From the NCBI GenBank assembly GCA_965208905.1, contig OZ242365.1, forward strand, positions 1,327,902 to 1,359,901: a stretch of 32,000 bases of DNA. Reading direction: 5' to 3'. A program made the translations under genes and the position numbers. How positions within the stretch are numbered: the stretch's first letter is position 1; each line of letters begins with the position of its first letter. The notes beneath the pieces were generated by a model. The model did no database searches. It had not been told where the DNA came from and was given only the letters and a program-made list of their open reading frames with translations. This document shows, piece after piece, positions 9,882 through 16,883 of the stretch. Source of the DNA: Nitrosopumilaceae archaeon (GTDB taxonomy: Archaea; Thermoproteota; Nitrososphaeria; Nitrososphaerales; Nitrosopumilaceae).

Positions 9882-11126
9882 TTATGCTGTGGATTTAGTT
9901 GCGGCTTGAATGAGTGTCATCCATTTGTTGTTACCTTCAACGGTAATACCTGCGGCCTCTGCTGGGGTTATTTGATTCGGTAATCCCAAGTGGGGTTTTA
10001 CAAAATTGTGATATAATCGCAGTCCAGAGATTATGCCAGAGTCTTCACGCTTAAGGCCACGGCACACTTTCTCTCTATGTCGCAGTGTTGCTCCGTTGAA
10101 TGATTCCATTTGGTTGTTATGATGTATGCCGTCAAACGCCACATCATGAATGTGTTCTGTATCTTTGTGTAGGAAGTTCTTTGCCTTGTATTGTTGCTTC
10201 CATGCATGATGGAAGTTAGCCGCTTTATCACTGATTAATGTGGTTGGGACTTTGCCTGTTACTTTTTTGGCTTGTTTAAACATGGGTGCCACATCATCAT
10301 TGCCCTTGTGTTCTGCTACCATCTTGGCTATCCAGAAGCGTGTCTCACTGTCTAGCATGGCGAATAGGTACTTTCTATTACCCTTGATTTTCAGATATAA
10401 CTCATCGGTACGCCATTGTTCACCAACTTGGGGTTTAATCTTGTCAACGAAGGTTTCCATCAGTTCTGCGTATTGTTTGCCCCATCGTTGTATGGTAGTG
10501 TGTACTACTGTAATACCAACCATCTTGAGTGTATTGGCCACCTTCCGTGAGGATAATCCACTAAACAGGAGATCTACTGCTTGAGTGATATGTTCAGGTG
10601 ATGCCTGCTTCTTTTCAAATCCTAGGTTTTGGATAAATCTCCTGCCACACGTCCTGCACCCGAACTGTTGTTTGCCACGCTTAATACCCTTCTTGATAAT
10701 ATCAGTTGAGTCACAGAATTTGCATTTTGTAAGGTCAACAACCTTGATAGTAGTGGTAACTTCCTCTTGGACGGCTGCCCTCATTCGCTTGCTAATTTCG
10801 ATTGCATGAGCGTGCTTGCATACAACACCCCTGTACATTGAATCGGGACAGGAACAAACCCATCCTGATTCTGTATGTATCACCTCATAGACTTTACTAG
10901 AGGATTGACTTCTTACAGTATAGGTTGTATCATCTATTCTGGTTATCTGATTAGGCTTGCCTGCTATCTGCGCACCCCGTGTGATTCTAGCCGCCTGACC
11001 GGGGCTATGGTTCTTATGGGGTGATAAGATAGTAGGCTCAGAGTGCAATTTGCTCTTCATTGGGATGGTCGAGATCCCTCTGACTTTCTTTTCATCATCG
11101 CCATACTTTGTTATTGTTTTATTCAT
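9882..11126 (-). CDS. IS6-family DDE transposase with N-terminal SWIM and zinc-ribbon fingers
   Basis: WRTDELYLKIKG..YLFAMLD, LISDKAANF and HHNNQMESFNGATLRHREKVCRGLK parallel the IS26 Tnp26 D, D and E regions. SWIM motif is CSCPDSMYRGVVCKHAH. Zinc ribbon is CKFC...CRTC. Confidence 0.85.
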   Translation of the reverse strand: MNKTITKYGDDEKKVRGISTIPMKSKLHSEPTILSPHKNHSPGQAARITRGAQIAGKPNQITRIDDTTYTVRSQSSSKVYEVIHTESGWVCSCPDSMYRGVVCKHAHAIEISKRMRAAVQEEVTTTIKVVDLTKCKFCDSTDIIKKGIKRGKQQFGCRTCGRRFIQNLGFEKKQASPEHITQAVDLLFSGLSSRKVANTLKMVGITVVHTTIQRWGKQYAELMETFVDKIKPQVGEQWRTDELYLKIKGNRKYLFAMLDSETRFWIAKMVAEHKGNDDVAPMFKQAKKVTGKVPTTLISDKAANFHHAWKQQYKAKNFLHKDTEHIHDVAFDGIHHNNQMESFNGATLRHREKVCRGLKREDSGIISGLRLYHNFVKPHLGLPNQITPAEAAGITVEGNNKWMTLIQAATKSTA

Positions 11127-11176
11127 GTATGTTATTAACGGTACGGTTATTTAACTGTTGCCAAAACCGCACGGTT

Positions 11177-11184
11177 TTTATATA
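11177..11184 (+). promoter_or_regulatory. TATA-like box for the small ORF / methyltransferase operon
   Basis: tttatata is centred about 25 nt upstream of ATG 11205. This is the spacing expected for a leaderless archaeal transcript. Confidence 0.35.
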
Positions 11185-11204
11185 GACATGTCTGTAATGT
11201 AATA

Positions 11205-11393
11205 ATGACGCGATGGAAAAAGAACGAGACAGAGTTCAGAGTCAAGATGCACCATTATAAGAACAGGGACGGCTCCGGCACATCAAGTTGCCGGATTCCC
11301 AGTCCTATAATTAACTACATGGGAAAGCCCAACGAATTGATATTTGTGATCAATAATAAGACGGGGGAGGTAGTCGTAAGTGCAGGTGACTAA
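11205..11393 (+). CDS. small AbrB/SpoVT-like (swapped-hairpin) protein, candidate R-M controller
   Basis: 62 aa. The C-terminal half SCRIPSPIINYMGKPNELIFVINNKTGEVVVSA fits the AbrB-type pattern (.IP..i...g....l.f.i....g.v.v). It overlaps the methyltransferase start by 14 nt. Confidence 0.4.
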   Translation: MTRWKKNETEFRVKMHHYKNRDGSGTSSCRIPSPIINYMGKPNELIFVINNKTGEVVVSAGD

Positions 11394-12441
11394 AACACTG
11401 GCGTATGAACCAGATGCCGTATCTGACTTTGACCTGCTTATGGGCGATTCGGCAGACGTACTGACACGATTTCCGGATAATTCGATCAACTGCACCGTCA
11501 CGTCCCCACCGTACTGGGGACAACGCGAGTATGACACAAAAGACAGCATCGGACATGAAGGTTCGTTTGATGAATACATGCAACACTTGATATGCGTGTT
11601 TGACCAAGTGTATAGGGTAACGGCAAAAGATGGGTCGTTGTGGCTCAACATCGGGGACAGATACCACAACAAGAATCTCATGGGTATGCCTTGGAGGGTC
11701 GCGCTTGCCCTGAAGGATCGGGGATGGATACTGCGCAATGACATAATTTGGAACAAGGTACGCATGACTCAGAGCGCAAAGGACAGGCTCCGTGACCTGC
11801 ACGAGTATGTGTTTCACTTCGTCAAGAATCCAAAATATTACTATAACAGGAAGGCTATACTGATCAAGCACGACGAGAAACCCAAAAGACGTAACGGTAG
11901 ACTTGTGTCAATCACAGGTACAAGTGGGATCCGTTACAGGGAACAGATACGACTGTCAACGCATCTCTCAGACACGGAAAAACAAAACGCAGTTACGGCA
12001 TTGGACAATACACTACACGACATGGCAGACGGCAAGATTGTGGATTTTCGCATGGCCATACGCGGACAACAAAGAACGTCACATGGTTCCAGTGAAAAGA
12101 TCAGTGGTAGAGCAAAAGAGATAGAAAAGTACGGATTCTATGTCATATCGCAGAGTTCGGAGGGATACATGCCTACCGACTTGTGGAGTATCGTACCGGA
12201 AGACACACACCGAAAAGACATACACTGCGCGGTATATCCAACTACCCTCTTGGAGATCCCGATAAAGGCGACATGTCCACCGGGAGGACTCGTACTAGAT
12301 CCGTTTACGGGAACTGGTACTACTATAGTGGCCGCCCTCAAGCACGGCAAGCGTGGTATAGGCATAGACGTGAGTAGCGCTTATCTTACACATGCAGAAA
12401 ACAGGATAAAGACATTCCAGCAGACGGGACTAGAATGTTGA
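11380..12441 (+). CDS. beta-class N4/N6 DNA methyltransferase (N6_N4_Mtase family), probably m4C
   Basis: Motif IV TVTSPPYW is near the N-terminus and motif I VLDPFTGTGTT near the C-terminus, which is the beta order. SPPY is typical of N4-cytosine enzymes. The start is GTG. Confidence 0.9.
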   Translation: MQVTKTLAYEPDAVSDFDLLMGDSADVLTRFPDNSINCTVTSPPYWGQREYDTKDSIGHEGSFDEYMQHLICVFDQVYRVTAKDGSLWLNIGDRYHNKNLMGMPWRVALALKDRGWILRNDIIWNKVRMTQSAKDRLRDLHEYVFHFVKNPKYYYNRKAILIKHDEKPKRRNGRLVSITGTSGIRYREQIRLSTHLSDTEKQNAVTALDNTLHDMADGKIVDFRMAIRGQQRTSHGSSEKISGRAKEIEKYGFYVISQSSEGYMPTDLWSIVPEDTHRKDIHCAVYPTTLLEIPIKATCPPGGLVLDPFTGTGTTIVAALKHGKRGIGIDVSSAYLTHAENRIKTFQQTGLEC

Positions 12442-13275
12442 GACCGGATCACTTTTGTTTATTTTTGCCCCTATGATTTTTTTGGCGTCCTCATAGTTGA
12501 TGAGCAGGTTACCATCAACTGCAAACGAGAACAAGAGATCAACCCACCTCGTGGCCATAATCTTCTTTCTGCGTATGCGGTATCGTTTATCTTCTTCTAC
12601 AAGTGAGTACAGGAAAAACATGAATGTCTCAGTAGAGTAGGACTTGATCTCATGCGTTTGTATCTTGAATTTCGATGTGAACTGCTCCCACAACTCGTCC
12701 TGCATGACGGCTATATATGGCATCTTCCATTCGTCGAACAACTGTCCCTTGAAGATAAACTGTGGTAGAAATCCCTTGAAGGACGCAAGCGTATTTAACC
12801 CAAATGTGTAACTTTTTTTGAGCCTATCATTTAACAGGTCATCTATCGCAGTCGCAAATGATCCCGTACCCGTTGTGGCATCGGACTGTATCTCTACCCC
12901 TATGAACCTGTTTGGGTCTCTGACCGGTGTTAATATCCAGTCAAGATTACCGTAATCAAATCTCTCGTTGTCTGTCTTCTTTGCCAGTTTGACTTCGTTG
13001 CGTGCGTCAGTTTGTACCTCGGATCCCCAAATAAAGTCTCGTATTTCGTGCAGTATCTTATAATCGTCCTCATAAAATCGCCGCGGGCAGATGATCCTGT
13101 TTCTGTCTCCCAGACATGCAGAACAGTTGCCGTATTTCGATGCAGTTCGGTTGGGCTTGTCACACTGGACGATGCGCCTGTCAAACGGACACCCATAATC
13201 GCGGTTGCGAAAGCGGGCCTTGGCCACGTCTGAATCGAATTTTTCGCCAAACGCCTCCAACTGTCTATTTGTCAT
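12430..13275 (-). CDS. type II restriction endonuclease, NotI-like
   Basis: N-terminal Cys cluster is CPF..(8)..C..(12)..CSAC..(8)..CPRRF. The core LDWILTPV...IGVEIQSDATTGTGS parallels NotI FDWTLVEV...GVLEIQTMDFHGS. It converges on the methyltransferase with a 12-bp 3' overlap. Confidence 0.7.
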   Translation of the reverse strand: MTNRQLEAFGEKFDSDVAKARFRNRDYGCPFDRRIVQCDKPNRTASKYGNCSACLGDRNRIICPRRFYEDDYKILHEIRDFIWGSEVQTDARNEVKLAKKTDNERFDYGNLDWILTPVRDPNRFIGVEIQSDATTGTGSFATAIDDLLNDRLKKSYTFGLNTLASFKGFLPQFIFKGQLFDEWKMPYIAVMQDELWEQFTSKFKIQTHEIKSYSTETFMFFLYSLVEEDKRYRIRRKKIMATRWVDLLFSFAVDGNLLINYEDAKKIIGAKINKSDPVSTF

Positions 13276-13295
13276 GAAATATGTTGACTGACTTG

Positions 13296-13304
13296 TTTAT
13301 AATA
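13296..13304 (-). promoter_or_regulatory. TATA-like box for the endonuclease gene
   Basis: The minus strand reads tattataaa, centred about 25 nt upstream of the ATG at 13275. Confidence 0.35.
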
Positions 13305-13342
13305 TATCTTGAGAGTGTGTGATATAATTCCCGGGGATTCCT

Positions 13343-13392
13343 AGGTCACCCACGCACCACCGTACAACAGGTCACCAAGATGCACCAGTTCC
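13343..13392. repeat. IS6-element terminal inverted repeat, inner copy
   Basis: aggtcacccacgcaccaccgtacaacaggtcaccaagatgcaccagttcc. Confidence 0.8.
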
Positions 13393-13626
13393 TATTTCGT
13401 GCAGTATCTTATAATCGTCCTCATAAAATCGCCGCGGGCAGATGATCCTGTTTCTGTCTCCCAGACATGCAGAACAGTTGCCGTATTTCGATGCAGTTCG
13501 GTTGGGCTTGTCACACTGGACGATGCGCCTGTCAAACGGACACCCATAATCGCGGTTGCGAAAGCGGGCCTTGGCCACGTCTGAATCGAATTTTTCGCCA
13601 AACGCCTCCAACTGTCTATTTGTCAT
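13372..13626 (-). pseudogene. duplicated 5' fragment of the endonuclease gene (stand-alone Cys-cluster domain ORF, 84 aa)
   Basis: The first 78 codons are identical to 12430-13275. The frame then runs into the IS inverted repeat (..HEIGTGASW*). Confidence 0.7.
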
Positions 13627-13693
13627 GAAATATGTTGACTGACTTGTTTATAATATATCTTGAGAGTGTGTGATATAATTCCCGGGGATTCCT

Positions 13694-13743
13694 AGGTCAC
13701 CCACGCACCACCGTACAACAGGTCACCAAGATGCACCAGTTCC
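13694..13743. repeat. IS6-element terminal inverted repeat, outer copy
   Basis: Identical to 13343-13392. It contains the outward-facing ATG at 13731. Confidence 0.8.
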
Positions 13744-15365
13744 AAAATAACGTTACTGATATATACTTTGATTCAATAGCATCTGTTATGGCTGGAAAGC
13801 GAATAGTTCTCACGGCCGACCGTAGTCTGATGACTAACTACCGCGGGAACTTTTTATACGGTTTTATCGCTTGTGGCCCGTATGAAGTTTTACCTGAATG
13901 GGTATTCGATAAAGTATTCTGCCCTGCCGTAGAGACTGACCCACAGACCGGCGAGGCCAAGGTTGCGCAGGTGGGATTGAGGCGGGTAGAGAGCGCACTA
14001 CTTCAGGGGTATGGTCGAGACGAGGTGTTTGTGGCCAATCCAGATCATCTAGACAAGGTCATAGGTCCAGACACCAAAGTGGTAGGAATCAATGTTATGG
14101 ACCCTCTGGGAATGGCACCGGTTACCACCACCATGTCACCAGAAAAGTTGTCATATGTGGCAATGAAATTCAAAAAGATGTGTGCCTCGATAATTCAACT
14201 AAAGAAGAAGCATAACTTTCACGTGGTCGTGGGTGGAAATGGAGCTTGGGAGCTGGCAAAGACTGACCGTATGAGAATACATGGCGTAGACACCGTGGTG
14301 GTGGGCGAAGCAGATGAGTTGGCTTTAGATCTATTTCATGATTTGGAGGCGGGTGATGCCCCCGAACTGATGCACTGCTTTGTCAAAAACATACAGAATA
14401 TACCCCGAATACAGGGGCCTACTGTCAACTCACTAATTGAGGCCATGCGGGGTTGTGGGCGAGGATGCGACTTTTGTGACGTCAATAAACGCTCCAAAAA
14501 AGATCTTCCCATAGATAGACTCCAGACCGAAGCAAAGATCAATCTGGATTATGGATTTGACTCCATATGGCTACATTCAGATGAGATGCTCCTATACGGG
14601 TGTGATAATCGTGACTTTATACCCAACAAAGATGCCATCACCGAGTTGTGGAGCGGTATGAAGAATTTAGGGGCTAATTTTGTGGGAACGACACATATGA
14701 CATTCTCGGCAGTGGCCGCAGATCCGGACCTGATGTATCAGATAGCAAACATCAATCGTCAACATGAGTCTGGAAGATGGCTTGCCACAAACCTTGGTAT
14801 AGAGACTGTGTCTCCCAAGATGGTAAGAAAGCACTTGGGGGTCAAAACCAGACCGTTCTCATATGAAGAATGGGGTAGTGTGGTTAGGGAAGGTGCTGCC
14901 ATACTTAACAAGAATCACTGGTTCCCGGCAGCCACCATAATAATTGGATGGCCGGATGAGACCCCTGAAGATGTACAGTATACGATAGACATGATGGATG
15001 ACTTCCGGACGATGGACTTTAGAGGACTGGTGGCACCATTACTATATCAAGACTTTAGTGAAAAGAACTCTATGCATTTTGGTAACTTGAACGAGGCCCA
15101 GTTTACACTATTCTGGAGATGCTGGGAGAATAATCTACGGGTAATCAACGATATTATTCCAATAATACTGCGCAACAAGACATATGGCCCGCCCATGAAA
15201 GTGTTTATGTATGGTATAATCAAGGCTGGAACGTGGGCTATAATGAGATATCTTCGGGGTCTCTGTAAAGATTTGTTTAATGGCCGTACCCCCGATGAAA
15301 TAATCGAAAAATACTCAAAGAGTCGTTCTGTCTCTGCTCCCCGTATGCAAACAAAGAAACTCTAA
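13731..15365 (+). CDS. radical SAM protein with N-terminal B12-binding-like (Rossmann) domain
   Basis: CX3CX2C cluster motif is CGRGCDFC. An upstream VVVGGNGAWEL...VDTVVVGEADE pattern is typical of class-B-like radical SAM enzymes. ATG 13731 lies inside the IS repeat, so the native start is more likely ATG 13788 (MAGKRIVL...). Confidence 0.8.
   Translation: MHQFQNNVTDIYFDSIASVMAGKRIVLTADRSLMTNYRGNFLYGFIACGPYEVLPEWVFDKVFCPAVETDPQTGEAKVAQVGLRRVESALLQGYGRDEVFVANPDHLDKVIGPDTKVVGINVMDPLGMAPVTTTMSPEKLSYVAMKFKKMCASIIQLKKKHNFHVVVGGNGAWELAKTDRMRIHGVDTVVVGEADELALDLFHDLEAGDAPELMHCFVKNIQNIPRIQGPTVNSLIEAMRGCGRGCDFCDVNKRSKKDLPIDRLQTEAKINLDYGFDSIWLHSDEMLLYGCDNRDFIPNKDAITELWSGMKNLGANFVGTTHMTFSAVAADPDLMYQIANINRQHESGRWLATNLGIETVSPKMVRKHLGVKTRPFSYEEWGSVVREGAAILNKNHWFPAATIIIGWPDETPEDVQYTIDMMDDFRTMDFRGLVAPLLYQDFSEKNSMHFGNLNEAQFTLFWRCWENNLRVINDIIPIILRNKTYGPPMKVFMYGIIKAGTWAIMRYLRGLCKDLFNGRTPDEIIEKYSKSRSVSAPRMQTKKL
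13758..13766 (+). promoter_or_regulatory. TATA-like box for the radical SAM gene (supports the start at 13788)
   Basis: gatatatac is centred about 26 nt upstream of ATG 13788. The same spacing is seen at the other promoters in this window. Confidence 0.35.
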
Positions 15366-15682
15366 AGGTTGTCCAGTGCCTTGTCTGCAATCGTGTTGCG
15401 TTTTGGTGTCAGAACGACAAAGTACATCTTGTCAGCACGCTCGACTGATTCTACGATGTGATGTTCGCCTGTTGAGATGTCAAACTCATAGATTCCTGGT
15501 TCAAGTGACCCTTTAGCGTATACCATCAGAAAGCTGTCGGTATTCTGTGACAGTGGTATAAATGACATCAGGTATCCTTTATACGAGTTTATTGGTAGCG
15601 TATTCTTCATCGGTGCTGCTGCCGAAGACAACAGCATGAAGACATCTTTTAGACTATCAAATTCAGTATATTCTACATTCAT
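15362..15682 (-). CDS. hypothetical protein
   Basis: 106-aa ORF converging on the radical SAM gene with a 4-nt overlap. No motif recognised. Confidence 0.45.
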   Translation of the reverse strand: MNVEYTEFDSLKDVFMLLSSAAAPMKNTLPINSYKGYLMSFIPLSQNTDSFLMVYAKGSLEPGIYEFDISTGEHHIVESVERADKMYFVVLTPKRNTIADKALDNL

Positions 15683-15943
15683 GTCAATGTGCTATAATCA
15701 ATCTATAATAATAATCTAGACACAAGAGGGTAACTTTTGATCAAAATGCCAACATCACCGTGTTGTATGGTATACTGTGAACGTTACACATTTTATTTCG
15801 CTTGCCAAAAAGTAGACTATAAGATGAGTTATTCTTACTGTGCAGTGGGTTGTGTAGAATAGCAGCACATTTTTGGTTCTGGTTACGAGTGTTTGTGGGC
15901 TGTTTTTCGGTCAGCTGTAACCAAACAAACACATTTAACAGTG

Positions 15944-16375
15944 ATGACTCTGAATAACGATGTGAAGATAAAACGTGTTGCCAACGTTATACTCGCAGTA
16001 AAAGATCTAGATCGTTCGTTGCACTTTTATCATGAAATAATTGGCTTGCCAATAAAGATGCAGAGGCGCACATGGATTGACTTGGGAGTGAGTGGGGGAT
16101 TGCTTAGTTTGCATCCCGCATCACTGACTGCTGAACATCTAGGTGGTTCCATTGACAATGGCATTACAATTGGATTTTTAGTTGGTGATGTAAGATCTGC
16201 ATTGGAAGAACTACAAGAGAAAGGAGTTCGAGTGTATCGCGACATTGTAGAGCGCGAAGCCGGAAAGAATGCTATAGTATATGACCCCGACGATTATTTG
16301 ATATCTCTCTTTGAGCCAAACTTTAAGGATAAAGAACAACAGACTGGCGGTTATCACGGTTTCACCCCTGCCTAA
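15944..16375 (+). CDS. VOC-family (glyoxalase/bleomycin-resistance/dioxygenase) protein
   Basis: IKRVANVILAVKDLDRSLHFYHEIIGLPI is the typical first beta-alpha-beta-beta-beta module. ATG 15944 is preferred over the upstream alternative start at 15893. Confidence 0.8.
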   Translation: MTLNNDVKIKRVANVILAVKDLDRSLHFYHEIIGLPIKMQRRTWIDLGVSGGLLSLHPASLTAEHLGGSIDNGITIGFLVGDVRSALEELQEKGVRVYRDIVEREAGKNAIVYDPDDYLISLFEPNFKDKEQQTGGYHGFTPA

Positions 16376-16402
16376 ACTATTATCAAACTTTTAGTGTCTT
16401 TA

Positions 16403-16783
16403 TTATTCTGTAATGACTTTTTTGACAGACTCTATGACATTCATGTAATCATCATCCTTGCCACTTATGGTTACGATATATGCTATGTTTTCGGAGGGTA
16501 TGAGGACCATCTTTACCTTTTTATGAACTACTAACATATGCTCCATTCTTCCGATATGATCTTCAGAATCTCGACTTATATTTAGAATCGTGGATAAGAC
16601 AAAGAACTCGTTTTTTGCCTGTTCGCGACCCAACATGGGCTGAGTCCCTGACCGTATAAACCCGGTAACTGTACGCCCGTACTTGTTTATTGCGCCCACA
16701 TATCGTATACTACTTGAAATATTCAGTATACTCTTGCATATCTTTGCTTGTTTGTCTACATTAGTGCTCTGTCTTTCTGACAT
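16403..16783 (-). CDS. hypothetical protein (possibly roadblock/LC7-like fold)
   Basis: 126-aa ORF with an alternating alpha/beta-like pattern. The assignment is weak. Confidence 0.5.
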   Translation of the reverse strand: MSERQSTNVDKQAKICKSILNISSSIRYVGAINKYGRTVTGFIRSGTQPMLGREQAKNEFFVLSTILNISRDSEDHIGRMEHMLVVHKKVKMVLIPSENIAYIVTISGKDDDYMNVIESVKKVITE

Positions 16784-16795
16784 GATGTAACCTTG

Positions 16796-16810
16796 CTTAT
16801 CAATGATAAG
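16796..16810. promoter_or_regulatory. 15-bp palindrome upstream of the 16403-16783 gene
   Basis: CTTATCA-a-TGATAAG lies 13-27 nt upstream of the ATG at 16783. Confidence 0.25.
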
Positions 16811-16883
16811 TATGTTTGCTATATGCTGATGTGATGTATCGTAAATGATGTAGAACCCATACGACTATCATCTCACCAATTAT

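Larger units (their letters stand above)
9791..13743 (-). mobile_element. IS6-family transposon-like element carrying a type II restriction-modification module, with a duplicated right end
   Basis: 50-bp inverted repeats lie at 9791-9840 and at 13343-13392 / 13694-13743. The outer tips GGAACTGGTGCA resemble the IS26 IR GGCACTGTTGCA. An IS6-type DDE transposase is inside. No flanking direct repeat was found. Confidence 0.7.
13042..13743. repeat. tandem duplication, 2 x 351 bp (13042-13392 and 13393-13743)
   Basis: I found no difference between the two units where I compared them. Each holds the first 234 bp of the endonuclease gene, its promoter and one 50-bp IS inverted repeat. Confidence 0.9.

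Noticed and set aside
11146-11166. ttAACTGTTGCCaaaac resembles the IS6 IR tip (GGAACTGGTGCA / IS26 GGCACTGTTGCA). It could have marked a minimal IS end just beyond the transposase start.
   Set aside because: It has the same orientation as the 9791 IR, not the inverse, so it cannot pair with it. It lacks the GG tip and matches only about 9 nt. It is possibly a relic, but this is not supportable.
13320-13342. gatATAATTCCCggggatt shares 11 nt (atataattccc) with the tip of the TnpB-element TIR. It also contains an imperfect palindrome AATTCCCGGGGATT with a CCCGGG core, which might be the R-M recognition site or a controller operator.
   Set aside because: An 11-nt A/T-rich match overlapping a TATA-like context may be chance. 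CCCGGG also occurs elsewhere in the window (about 4012, 7628 and 28146), so specificity cannot be inferred from sequence alone.
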